From contig CAVRCF010000001.1 of assembly GCA_963719505.1 (NCBI GenBank), forward strand, positions 1-64,000: a stretch of DNA of 64,000 nt. The letters are read 5' to 3'. Shown piece after piece: positions 41,004 to 50,487 of the stretch. The translations under genes and the position numbers were made by a program. The DNA is from Halobacteriovoraceae bacterium. Its GTDB lineage: Bacteria; Bdellovibrionota; Bacteriovoracia; Bacteriovoracales; Bacteriovoracaceae. A model generated the notes under the pieces. It had not been told where the DNA came from. It saw nothing but the letters and a program-made list of their open reading frames with translations, and made no database searches. Position 1 is the stretch's first letter. Every line of letters starts with the position of its first letter.

Positions 41004-41693
41004 AACACCATTGGCACCGGCGTTTTCTTTTCCTTCGAGAATAATTTTAGGTTTATATTCTAATTCATCTAAAACAGAGATGATATTACTCACACCTACT
41101 GAATTTTGAAAATCCTTAAACATAGATTCATCGTTTAAAGCATCACCATAAAAAATTGATTGATCTGGACTTATATGAGGAAACTGATCTTTCATCAGCG
41201 TTTTTACTCCGCGACTTTTAGAGATATCACCAATCCAAAAATTAATATGAACATTTGACCTAGAGAAGTTTGCGCCTTCTTTTAATAAAAACGCTTCAAC
41301 CTTCTCAACCGCAGCTTTACTCATTTGAGAAAACTCTATGGCCCTATCAGTTCTTCTTCCAAAAGAATCTGCACTTAAAACAACCTGTGGAATTTCACTG
41401 ATAAGTCTACTTGTAAGGTCTTCCAACTGCTTGATCTCAGCAGCACTGACAAGATTTTGTTCAATGATATGACCTTCTCTATTTTTAGAGACGATAACAC
41501 CTCCACCTTCCATCACAACATGCTTTACCGGAAAGTGAGTCACAAAGAAATGTCCCCAAGAAAGTGAGCGTCCTGAGACGATGACGAGTGTAGAATTATT
41601 CTTTTCAATAAGGTCTAAAAGCTCAAAAAAAACGGCACCCAATTTACCGTTAATCGTAAGGGTGCCATCGAAGTCAGAAAATACTAATTTCAT
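40959..41693 (-). CDS. HAD-IIB family hydrolase
   Basis: SDFDGTL, VSGR, SK, YGDALND. Confidence 0.88.
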   Translation of the reverse strand: MKLVFSDFDGTLTINGKLGAVFFELLDLIEKNNSTLVIVSGRSLSWGHFFVTHFPVKHVVMEGGGVIVSKNREGHIIEQNLVSAAEIKQLEDLTSRLISEIPQVVLSADSFGRRTDRAIEFSQMSKAAVEKVEAFLLKEGANFSRSNVHINFWIGDISKSRGVKTLMKDQFPHISPDQSIFYGDALNDESMFKDFQNSVGVSNIISVLDELEYKPKIILEGKENAGANGVLFHLKEIFDQSADF

Positions 41694-41696
41694 TAA

Positions 41697-42305
41697 TTAT
41701 TGAAGTGGTAGTGAAACACCGAAAACCACTGAAGAATAACTATTTCTTAAAGAAAAGTTAGTCTCAACGTTTCCAACAAGATTTTCCATTCCTGCAATAT
41801 TTAATCTACCCGTGATACCAGCAGCTAAAGCAGTTGAAGTCTCATATGTATTTTCGTCTGTGTTTAAACCAACTTGAACTGGTAAAGATAAGAATGGGAA
41901 AGCTTCTCTTCCCCAAAAAGCAAAACCTTTTGAGATAATTGGAGCGACTCCAAAAGAGTTTACTCTATCATCATTAATTCTAGCTGTTTCAAGAAGGGCT
42001 TTAACAGAAATTCTTGGCTGTCTTCCATAATCTGGGATGATTTGAAAATCTGCACCAGCAAAGAGTCTATTTTCTCTTTCACCATCAGTAATTCCAAAAC
42101 CTGCGTCAAAGTTTACCGCTTCATTAAGTCTGTTGAAATATCTAGCTTCGATCCCAGCTCCCGCACCATTAGTGTTGTAACTTGTGAACTCAGTTGTAAT
42201 AACTTGTTTTCTTATTTCGAAAGGGTGAGTTGAAACACCGACTGTAGTTGCTGTTGCAGCGCCTGTAATCAAAAGTGCGCCTAATGCCATGCCTAATCTT
42301 CTCAT
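41697..42305 (-). CDS. Hypothetical outer-membrane beta-barrel protein
   Basis: GAGG RBS, signal peptide, alternating beta-strand pattern. Confidence 0.65.
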   Translation of the reverse strand: MRRLGMALGALLITGAATATTVGVSTHPFEIRKQVITTEFTSYNTNGAGAGIEARYFNRLNEAVNFDAGFGITDGERENRLFAGADFQIIPDYGRQPRISVKALLETARINDDRVNSFGVAPIISKGFAFWGREAFPFLSLPVQVGLNTDENTYETSTALAAGITGRLNIAGMENLVGNVETNFSLRNSYSSVVFGVSLPLQ

Positions 42306-42497
42306 AATAACCTCTTCTCCCACTGGGAAATGTTCTCAATTGTTTGCTAGTCATAGTCTAAAGAAATCGCCATGGGACGTCAATTTTAGAATGGATTTTA
42401 GTCGGGATTGCCGCACAGCAAAGTCTTCAATTTCCTTCAAGTTTAGGTTGACGACTAAGGGGGCTATAATCTATAACACTAATACTGAAATTTCTGC

Positions 42498-42574
42498 GGT
42501 GGGCGTAGTTCAGTTGGTAGAGCAGCAGATTGTGATTCTGTTTGTCGTGGGTTCGAGCCCCATCGTCCACCCCA
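42498..42574 (+). tRNA. tRNA-His (anticodon GTG)
   Basis: G-1, acceptor GTGGGCG/CGTCCAC, D-arm AGTTGGTAGAGC, anticodon arm GCAGA-TTGTGAT-TCTGT, GTTCGAG T-loop, encoded CCA. Confidence 0.97.
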
Positions 42575-42606
42575 TTTTTCAGCATCATTTTATCGAATGC
42601 TTTCAA

Positions 42607-42932
42607 CCCAAATCCGCGAGAATCTTTTCCACTGCTCTGACAATATCCCAAATCCGCGAGAATCTTTTCCACTGCTCTGACAATATTTTTTTCATTCGGC
42701 TCATTTTGAGTTCGCTGGTCCATAGAGGTCGCATAGTTGCGCCTTTTTTTTTGCTCTAGCTCTTTTTTTTCAATTCGGCTCATTTTAAACCCAAATCCGC
42801 GAGAATCTTTTCCACTGCTCTGACAATATTTTTTTCATTCGGCTCATTTTGAGTTCGCTGGTCCATAGAGGTCGCATAGTTGCGCCTTTTTTTTTGCTCT
42901 AGCTCTTTTTTTTCAATTCGGCTCATTTTAAA
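42607..42932 (+). repeat. Nested tandem repeats of the IS1380 terminus (40 bp + 143 bp + 143 bp)
   Basis: Units start at 42607, 42647 and 42790, each with the same first 40 bp; 42647-42789 and 42790-42932 are identical. Confidence 0.9.
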
Positions 42933-43228
42933 TCGCTATCTTTTTTTCCAACATCAAAATTTTCCGCGAGTAAACTCAAAACTCTCTTCAAAAAGCTCCC
43001 AGGTACTTTTTCATCTACTTATTTTGTCGCCAAAACAGCCATTCCCAAACCTTTATTCAAAAGTTGTCCCCTACTTCATTTCCATTCTCTATTTTCCTCC
43101 GATAAAAACACAACCTTTCTTCTCGAGCGTATGTTTTAACTACTCAAAGACGTACTCAAGGCGCACGTCTGCCTTGGTGGCAGTAGTTCAAGCTGGTTTA
43201 CAATATTCATTTTTCAAAGAACACGCGC

Positions 43229-44599
43229 TCAGGTTTGTAAACTAAACTTAAACAATAAATTTTTCATAATCCTGTTAAGCACCACCTCCTGTTTAAAGTA
43301 AATTCTTAACTTTAGTTTCCGAGCACTTCGGATCAACTGCCCCGCAATATTTATGACATGACTTCTAACACTCTTTGAAAAATATCCAAGCTGTTTTACA
43401 CGAATCCTTTCTCCACTTTTTCTATCTCGAACTGTTCGCCACTTCTCTTCCATGCAAAAAGAAATTACTCTCGTTAAATTATGTGCAAACGTTCCTACTA
43501 ATCCAAAAATTTTATTCGCTCTCAAACGACGACAAGGAAAGTTTAAAAAATCAAAGCCGTACTTTTGCTCTCGAATATAGCTCTCTGCTGTTGCTCTATC
43601 TTTATAAAACTCAAAAACTTCTTCATTGTTCATCTCTGAAAAACCAATGTTTGTTATGATAGAATAATGTCTATAGTCGTGTTCTTCAGGATTGTAATTC
43701 TTAAAGAGGTCTCGAGCCTCATTGATATCATCTACGCTCTTTCGGGCTCTAATAAAAACGACTCGCATCTCCCCTAAGCTTTTAATTGGGTAATGAGACA
43801 TCGCTATTTCACACTCTTTTGACTTGAAAAACTCAAGTTCTGTCTTCTCCCAATTCAACATATTTCGATTCTTCTTTCTAACATATCGACTTATATTATC
43901 CCTAAGAACTATTGCAAACTTTGCTCCTTTGGCTTGAAGAGCTTTATAAACTTCTTGCTTTCCATATGCGGAGTCTGCTCTAAACCATCTTTCTAAATGA
44001 CTTGGACAATTCTTAAAAATTTCATGCACCCAGCGCTCAGCATCTTTACCCGAATGAGTATTTCCAGGACGAAGATCGAACAAATAACTAAATCCAAATT
44101 GATCATAAGCATTTTGAGAATCAAGGCACCACATATTTTTATAGTTCCACGCCATCCCTTCCATATTTTTTCCGTAATGTTCATGAGGCGTAGAATCCAT
44201 TGAAAGAATAAACTTTATATCATCTGGAAACATCAAAGCTCTAAGCTCAAAAGTTAGCTCAACTAAAAATTCCTGTAATTTTTCAGCATGTCTATTTCCA
44301 AATGACTTTAAAAAATCACCTTGAGTCCTAGCTGCAACCTTCCCAGTAAGTTCTGCAAACAATGGATCTTTATTTGAATTATCAATATCAGAAAGACAAT
44401 CATTTCCAACAACAAACGAATAAAGTAGAGATTTAAACTTATCTAATTGAGTTGGACCTATGTTTTTCTTTTTGCGGGGCATCTTAGATTTGAGTCTTTT
44501 ATCTAGTTTTAGTTGCTTCCAGAGCTCTTCAAATAAAAATAGACCAGAATGAGAAGAGAATGTTTGAGAAGTTGATTCAATTTTGATAGTTTTGTACAT
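43229..44599 (-). CDS. IS1380-family (DDE_Tnp_1_4) transposase
   Basis: SSHSGL, SMDST, DLRPGNTHS, FRADSA, YKDRATAESYIREQKYG, AHNL. Confidence 0.88.
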   Translation of the reverse strand: MYKTIKIESTSQTFSSHSGLFLFEELWKQLKLDKRLKSKMPRKKKNIGPTQLDKFKSLLYSFVVGNDCLSDIDNSNKDPLFAELTGKVAARTQGDFLKSFGNRHAEKLQEFLVELTFELRALMFPDDIKFILSMDSTPHEHYGKNMEGMAWNYKNMWCLDSQNAYDQFGFSYLFDLRPGNTHSGKDAERWVHEIFKNCPSHLERWFRADSAYGKQEVYKALQAKGAKFAIVLRDNISRYVRKKNRNMLNWEKTELEFFKSKECEIAMSHYPIKSLGEMRVVFIRARKSVDDINEARDLFKNYNPEEHDYRHYSIITNIGFSEMNNEEVFEFYKDRATAESYIREQKYGFDFLNFPCRRLRANKIFGLVGTFAHNLTRVISFCMEEKWRTVRDRKSGERIRVKQLGYFSKSVRSHVINIAGQLIRSARKLKLRIYFKQEVVLNRIMKNLLFKFSLQT

Positions 44600-44913
44600 G
44601 GCAGTTCTTTTGCTAAAAAGCTTTTTTGGTTTGTTTTTTTTTGTTTGGCGATAAAAAGATATCAAAACAAAAAAGCTTTTTCTTTATGCAGGGCCGTAAA
44701 AAAAACACTTTTTTTTCAATTTTTGGGTGAATTTATCAAAATGATGAAAAGCCTTATTACGACTACTTGGAACGCACGATATTAGGTATCATCGTGCGCG
44801 GTTACGTTTCAACATACTTTCAACTATTACTAATCACTTACAAACACGTTGTGAGAAACTATCTAGGTCGAAGTCTTATACCTTTCAACTCATTCCATAT
44901 TATTTCACGAATA

Positions 44914-44944
44914 TGACTGATTTCTGACTGACCCTTGACTGACT
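44914..44944 (+). repeat. Three TGACTGA direct repeats at 11-bp period, candidate integrase arm-type sites
   Basis: TGACTGATT (44914), TGACTGACC (44925), TGACTGACT (44936). Confidence 0.6.
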
Positions 44945-45262
44945 TCTTAAAATCGAAATTGCGGATTGTTAACCTTCAATTAATTTTCTGCGGCGTTTTA
45001 CCCCCCATTCAAGAAGCAAGGTCACCTTTAAAAATAGTTTTACTATTTATTTACTCATGTAAATTTTATTAGAAGGCTGTTCAAATACCTTTCTCTATAT
45101 GAAATATTTAAATTAGAAGAAGGATGTTCTGAAAAAAATAAAGTTTACTTATAAAACCCAAAGTTTCTAATAGACTATGAATTCAGTTCTTTATGACCAA
45201 TCAGTCTTAGAAATGTCACATTCAGTTCTCAGTGTAGATTTTTTATGGAGTAACTAAGCAAT

Positions 45263-45559
45263 TTACATAAGAGCTCTTAATATCCACCCTGAACCATGCC
45301 ACAAAGCAGAGCTAACAAGAGGGAATATAAAGATCAATATAATTAAAATACCTAACCCTTCGCTTACCTTATATCTCTTAGGGACTTTACCTGTCGCATA
45401 AATAATTAACACTATTGCTCCAACAGTAGAAATAAAGCCCCTGAAGATACTTACTAACATTTCCACATTTAAATTATTAGATAGAAAAAGCACAAACGAT
45501 AGTAAAACGACGAGAGCCGCAATACTTATAAGCCCATCTTTAATATCTTTGGATTTCAT
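45263..45559 (-). CDS. Small 3-TM membrane protein
   Basis: 98 aa with three hydrophobic segments. Confidence 0.55.
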   Translation of the reverse strand: MKSKDIKDGLISIAALVVLLSFVLFLSNNLNVEMLVSIFRGFISTVGAIVLIIYATGKVPKRYKVSEGLGILIILIFIFPLVSSALWHGSGWILRALM

Positions 45560-45627
45560 TATTGCTTAAGTAGTGATATCAAAATCAACCTTGAAATTTG
45601 TATAAACATAATTATCAGTCTCTCGGT

Positions 45628-45867
45628 TTAAGCAGCTGAATTTTCGCTTAACAGCTTTTTACCAATTGGTGAATTAGTTGGGACAAGAGTCTGACTGTCA
45701 CAAGCTCTACAGGCTTTATGTCGACTTGTCAGTCTCCAAATAGAGTAAATTACTCCCGGTATAATCATCATGATCCATAAAAAAATCTCAATTAAAAGGC
45801 TACCCTTGGTAATTGTTTTTGGTTTCCCAACAGTTCCGCAAGCTGAGCAAATTAATTCGTTAGCCAT
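45628..45867 (-). CDS. LITAF-like zinc-ribbon membrane protein
   Basis: TAGGAG RBS; CSAC, hydrophobic hairpin (IIPGVIY), CRAC. Confidence 0.7.
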   Translation of the reverse strand: MANELICSACGTVGKPKTITKGSLLIEIFLWIMMIIPGVIYSIWRLTSRHKACRACDSQTLVPTNSPIGKKLLSENSAA

Positions 45868-45898
45868 AAAGTCTCCTAATTAAGTTTTTGTTAATTAC

Positions 45899-45925
45899 TG
45901 CTCGGCTTAGAAATAAACACCTTTA
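45899..45925 (-). promoter_or_regulatory. sigma28-type promoter
   Basis: Minus strand TAAAG-N14-GCCGAGCA upstream of ATG 45867. Confidence 0.5.
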
Positions 45926-45977
45926 GTAACTTTCCAATAATTAAGAAAATGCTTTGGCCCCCAATTCAGTAGACACT

Positions 45978-46852
45978 TTAATTAGCACTCCGGTACTGGA
46001 GTGGACTCATCATCTTTAATGCTGAATGTGGTGCTATTTCATTATAATCCGCAAACCACTCTGGCAACATTTTTAAAACTGTTTCAGCATCCTTACAGTC
46101 TGCGAGATAAGCATAATCTCTTTTGATAGTGTGAACGAAAGATTCTGCCATTCCATTTGAAGAAGGGCTATATGGAGCTGTATAACATGTCAGAAGCCCT
46201 AAGTCTCTGGCCGCATTACGTGTGATGTTTGCTCGATAAATTGTTCCTCTATCTGTTAGCCATTGAATTTTATGTGGCGTCTCAACATCCTTAAATCTAT
46301 TTAAGACTGACTCGCTCATCAAATCTCGAATATCTGTTGCTTGAAGTGGTCGATCTTTGGCCACAAAACTTATTGCTTCCCTGTCCTTACAATCTAAGCT
46401 GAAAGCAACGTAAACTTTTTCTCCGTTAAAGCACTGAAGCTCAAATCCATCAGAGCACCAACGAGTATTTGAATGAAGAGTCATTACCTTTCCAGTTCCA
46501 GGATGCTTTTTTCTTGATGGATATTTTTTAAACAATAAATCGTTCATATCCATAACCCTATATATTCTTTTGCGATTAACAATCGCTTTGTTATGAAGAA
46601 CTCTTTCTCTATTAAGCATCGCTGTAATCCTCTTATATCCGTACGTTGGGCGTTTCTCTTTTAACTCCTTTATGGATTCTAATATTTCAGCATCATCTTT
46701 TTTCCTATATCTTTTCATTTCTAAGCCTTTTGATTTTTTATAAAAAGCTGCCCTTGATACTTTTAAATATCTACAGACGAGACTTACCTTGAATCGTTTT
46801 AACTTAACGATTTCTTTGGCAGCTTCTACTTTTCTTTTTTGGGATTTTTTTT
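45978..46852 (-). CDS. IS3 OrfB (DDE), reached by programmed -1 frameshift
   Basis: After TTT-A8 (46845-46855) the -1 frame reads ...SLVCRYLKVSRAAFY...YGYKRIT...WCSD...LTDRG...NGMAESF. Confidence 0.85.
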
Positions 46853-47158
46853 AAAGATCTCTACCGCTTCATTCAGAATTTCTTTTTCTAAAGAAAGGTC
46901 CCCGACAATCTTTTTGAGTCTTCGGATTTCTTCTTTTTGCTTTTCATTTTCTGAAATTAGCTCTGATTGAGAATGATTCATCTTTGGATTTTTGTCTGAC
47001 ATCTGTCTTTTCCATTGAGCTAGAGTTACTGGGTGTATGCCATGTTTTGTGGCAATACTGATCATTGAATTCTTTTGATCAAAGTACTCTGCTAAGATAG
47101 CACATTTTTGTTCTTTGCTAAAATGCTTACGTTTTTTCGGTGACTTAGTAGTCGTCAT
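46826..47158 (-). CDS. IS3 OrfA (HTH + leucine zipper)
   Basis: RKHFSKEQK, HTH, EIRRLKKIVGDLSLEKEIL. Confidence 0.85.
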   Translation of the reverse strand: MTTTKSPKKRKHFSKEQKCAILAEYFDQKNSMISIATKHGIHPVTLAQWKRQMSDKNPKMNHSQSELISENEKQKEEIRRLKKIVGDLSLEKEILNEAVEIFKKNPKKEK

Positions 47159-47254
47159 AACTTCCCCTTATTGGTTGGAAAAGTGTCTACTTGAAAAGGG
47201 GGTTACAAACAAAAAATTAATATCACTTTTACTGCAAAGCCCCGATAAGTAGCT

Positions 47255-47476
47255 ATGTTTAATAATTTTAAAGAAGTCATCAATTCATTAATAAAACGAG
47301 TCGACCACAATCAAGAAATTATTGAAAGCCAACAGGAGTTGATTCTCAAACTACAACAGCAGCTTGAGAAACTCAGAGGTGATTTAGTCTCAAATTCAGA
47401 GGAAATTAAACACCTCACGTTAATCTTAGAGAACCCTCATTTATTTATTAACCCTTTAATTGATAAAAAATCATAG
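47255..47476 (+). CDS. Small coiled-coil hypothetical protein
   Basis: 73 aa Gln/Glu/Leu heptads; CCCGATAA 6 nt before the ATG. Confidence 0.5.
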   Translation: MFNNFKEVINSLIKRVDHNQEIIESQQELILKLQQQLEKLRGDLVSNSEEIKHLTLILENPHLFINPLIDKKS

Positions 47477-47685
47477 TTGCTAAACAGACTCTAAAAAACA
47501 ATATTTTAAGTTTCACTTTAACACTAGAGAGTTAGTGCTTTGGAGAAATATATCTAGAGCGAAAGGTCTAAAGTAGGCAAATCAAAAAATTATAGTGAGT
47601 CCAAGCGGGCTGATGAACCGTGTGACCGTCTAATACATTACTTTGTATATAGCCACAAAACACGTTGAAATTAATTTATCTTAAG

Positions 47686-47712
47686 TAAAGCCTTACCAGT
47701 AAGTTCCGAAGA
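47686..47712 (+). promoter_or_regulatory. sigma28-type promoter
   Basis: TAAAG-N14-TCCGAAGA upstream of GGAGG RBS and ATG 47751. Confidence 0.45.
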
Positions 47713-47750
47713 GCTAATTATCTAATCTTTACAATTACTATGGAGGACAA

Positions 47751-48752
47751 ATGTTCTGGAAAAAAAAGAAACATAATGTTGAGCTTGAGCAAGCTGTCAA
47801 TGAAGTCTTAGTAGAGGCATTTGGTGGAGATATATTTGAAGTTAATAGCAAGCACATAGAAGCTATTATTGATAAAGCAAAGTTTAGCAACTCCCCCTTG
47901 CTTATCAAATTCCTTAAACTAAATTCTAAGAGCTATGCTAATGATTACAGCATTTACTTTGAATCAAAAGAAAGTCATGTAAGGCACCTTGTTATGAAAG
48001 AGGCTTGTTTATGCGAACAAGCTCACAACAGAGCAATTTCAATAAATAACCAAACATTGGAGATACAGCGAAAACTAGAATTAACTGAGGACTTCCAACT
48101 AAGTACGTCAGCTGACCAAACTTCACTAGAAAATGAAGCTCTTGATAGTTTCTCCAAGAGCCTAGGTAAATACACTTTTAATACTGGTGAATGCAAAGAG
48201 TATATAAAGGCATATTCTGAGGTTGAAAGCTTTTGGGGTACGGAAGAGCATAAGATCATTATTTCAAAACTAAAGGATGTAAACTTTAAGGTTTTTGACC
48301 TTGTGTTTGAACTCTTTGATAATGATCCAGTTGACTTGTCTCCACAACTTATTAAAGCGGGGTCATATATGGCCGAAGAAGCTAAAAAAGCTACAAAGAG
48401 TGGATGGGTAAAAAGAGGAATTGTTGATATCTCTGATAAAGAGTGGCTAAGCAAAAAGCTCAAAGTTGGAGAAATTAAAGAGATTCTTAAGTCTAAAGGC
48501 TTAACAGCTAAGGGAAAAAAAGATGACCTTCTGGTTACACTTACCCCTTCACTATCAATAGATGATCTTAGCAACTATATTGCCTTAAGAGATGTGTATA
48601 AAGTAAATGATGACATCCTATCAGAACTCGAATGGATCAAAGTAGCAAAGATGTATAATTACTCTAATGCTAGTGTCCAACTCATTCAGATCCACCTTAA
48701 CAATATGATTGACTCATTTATTGACTCGGAGGAAAGCAAGAAAGTTGCTTAG
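47751..48752 (+). CDS. SAP-domain-containing hypothetical protein
   Basis: GGAGG RBS; KLKVGEIKEILKSKGLTAKGKKDDLLVTL matches the SAP motif. Confidence 0.7.
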   Translation: MFWKKKKHNVELEQAVNEVLVEAFGGDIFEVNSKHIEAIIDKAKFSNSPLLIKFLKLNSKSYANDYSIYFESKESHVRHLVMKEACLCEQAHNRAISINNQTLEIQRKLELTEDFQLSTSADQTSLENEALDSFSKSLGKYTFNTGECKEYIKAYSEVESFWGTEEHKIIISKLKDVNFKVFDLVFELFDNDPVDLSPQLIKAGSYMAEEAKKATKSGWVKRGIVDISDKEWLSKKLKVGEIKEILKSKGLTAKGKKDDLLVTLTPSLSIDDLSNYIALRDVYKVNDDILSELEWIKVAKMYNYSNASVQLIQIHLNNMIDSFIDSEESKKVA

Positions 48753-48911
48753 AAAGTCAATTCGACCAACAAGATAAATGGACGATACTGTGATCAAAGC
48801 TTTAACAATGCAAAGAATAACTTCAATATTCTAATGAAGTAACGATGGCTTAGGCTGCTTTAATTGGCCTATATATTGCTTCTATTAAGATATCTATACG
48901 AAGGGGAATAT

Positions 48912-49343
48912 ATGAAATTTATTAAAGGTCTTTTTTCAAATTTTAAACAAACGGATGAGGAAAAGCTTAAAAAAGTCGAAGCTGCAATCAAGCCTCAGGT
49001 TGATCAGTACTTAAGTGATGCATTTGTATTATTAATGCCTATCGTTGCAAAATGTAACAAAAGCGAGCTTCCTAAAACTACCACTTCTTATGATTTATAT
49101 TGCTATTGGAGGACTTTGAGCCAAAAGAAAGTTAATGAAAGCCTTTCTTCCATTACAAAGCAAGTATTGGACTTTGGACTCGACCAAGCACTTTATAGCG
49201 TAGACTTAATTATACTGGCGACTTTAAGTGATACCAAGTTGAATAGCAGCTTAAAAACAGAAATTATTCATAAATCCTTACCAATACTTGGAGTAAAAGC
49301 TAAAGACTTCAATGATTTTATAAATATTTTAAATGTAGCCTGA
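48912..49343 (+). CDS. Hypothetical protein
   Basis: AAGGGG RBS before ATG 48912. Confidence 0.6.
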   Translation: MKFIKGLFSNFKQTDEEKLKKVEAAIKPQVDQYLSDAFVLLMPIVAKCNKSELPKTTTSYDLYCYWRTLSQKKVNESLSSITKQVLDFGLDQALYSVDLIILATLSDTKLNSSLKTEIIHKSLPILGVKAKDFNDFINILNVA

Positions 49344-49419
49344 GAATAATAAGCCTAGAGAGTTAAAATTAATCATTAATTATGCTTAAGGTTTTATCAC
49401 TTCACAGCAAGTTAGTAGT

Positions 49420-49447
49420 AAAGTCTAAAGTAGACTCTTTAGACTTT
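49420..49447. repeat. Perfect 11-bp inverted repeat AAAGTCTAAAG-N6-CTTTAGACTTT
   Basis: Read directly; intergenic upstream of 49565. Confidence 0.7.
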
Positions 49448-49564
49448 TAATAAATTTATGGAAGCTAAGTCAATCTTAATGCTCCATTACCTATAATGTA
49501 TAAAGACTATGTAATCCTTTCCTCTGTTCTTCAAAGTATATATAAATTCAGTTATTTATAAATC

Positions 49565-50398
49565 ATGCGAGAAAATAGCAAGACTTTACCATTAATTAAC
49601 GCCATCAAGATTTCTGAAGGTTTTACAGATCTACATAATGACTCCAACTCCTACTTGCATTGTATTATTGAGTGTTGTTTTAAGCTAGAAGTAAGTCTGT
49701 ACGTTTACACTAATGCTTACTTTAGAAGAGTTGACGATGACGACTGTGGAATTATAAATGAATATTCAGAGGAAGTTCAATTCCCACTCGAAAGTGGGGG
49801 CTTTAAATATATGAGGAAAGCACTTTACGCTTTAAATAGATTAGCAATCTTTGAAATTGCCCACAGGAAAATGCCTACCTTTGGGTTTGTAGATCTTTGG
49901 AGTGATGCTTTCATAGGAAAAACCATTACAAGTCAGAGGGTTGAGCCTTTTACAGGCATTTTGAATCTTAATGGAAAGCTAGGTATTCCATACTGTATAA
50001 GCACTAAGAAGCTTCAAAACTTTGAGTTCAGCTTGAATGATCTGTATATAAACATTAAAGATGTAGATAAAGTACTTTTAGAACTCAAAATCACTAAGAG
50101 TAGCCCCACTTTGTCGCTAGAAACCCAATCTACAGTTCCCACAGAGAACAATATCAAGCTAAAGGATGCCATTATTCATACCCTCCTTACACTAATTCAA
50201 TCTGATGCGAACGAAGAAAACTTAAGCATGAACTCTCATATAAGTACCGTTATAACTGACAGTTCTAAGAAAATTCAAGCAAGTAAAATCGCTGACTTGG
50301 TCAACTCAAATGCTATTAAGTATTTTGCGAACAAAGATCAATTTAAGTCATCAACCATAAGTAGAAAAATTAACAAGATATTGAAAGATTTCGAATAG
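49565..50398 (+). CDS. Hypothetical protein with possible C-terminal HTH
   Basis: 277 aa; C-terminal ASKIADLV...SSTISRKINK. Confidence 0.6.
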   Translation: MRENSKTLPLINAIKISEGFTDLHNDSNSYLHCIIECCFKLEVSLYVYTNAYFRRVDDDDCGIINEYSEEVQFPLESGGFKYMRKALYALNRLAIFEIAHRKMPTFGFVDLWSDAFIGKTITSQRVEPFTGILNLNGKLGIPYCISTKKLQNFEFSLNDLYINIKDVDKVLLELKITKSSPTLSLETQSTVPTENNIKLKDAIIHTLLTLIQSDANEENLSMNSHISTVITDSSKKIQASKIADLVNSNAIKYFANKDQFKSSTISRKINKILKDFE

Positions 50399-50487
50399 TC
50401 TGAATATTTATATATTTTAGAAAAATACCGTTTTTTTTATTTATTCAAATTTTAAAGACTAAGTTCCTCTCCAATCAAGGAGATGAA

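Larger units (their letters stand above)
42607..44807 (-). mobile_element. IS1380-family element
   Basis: Transposase 43229-44599; downstream end CCCAAATCCGCGA; flanking TTCAA at 42602-42606 and 44808-44812; removing it restores an att arm collinear with the one at 56930. Upstream end approximate. Confidence 0.7.
45950..47211 (-). mobile_element. IS3-family element (IS2-like ends)
   Basis: TG...CA ends with imperfect IRs sharing CCCCC and GTAGACACTT; A-run flanks compatible with a 3-4 bp duplication; orfA/orfB pair. Ends uncertain by a few bp. Confidence 0.8.

Noticed and set aside
42607-42932. Repeats after the tRNA as a CRISPR array
   Set aside because: No unique spacers, unequal unit lengths and no cas genes; units match an IS terminus.
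42289-43245. Track ORFs 42289-42759, 42427-42783 and 42880-43245
   Set aside because: They overlap the tRNA and IS-end repeats and have no protein-like motifs.
47590-47685. Hammerhead ribozyme from CTGATGA...GAAA
   Set aside because: Stem II is plausible, but I could not form stems I and III around an NUH site in any topology; kept only as a generic structured-RNA candidate.
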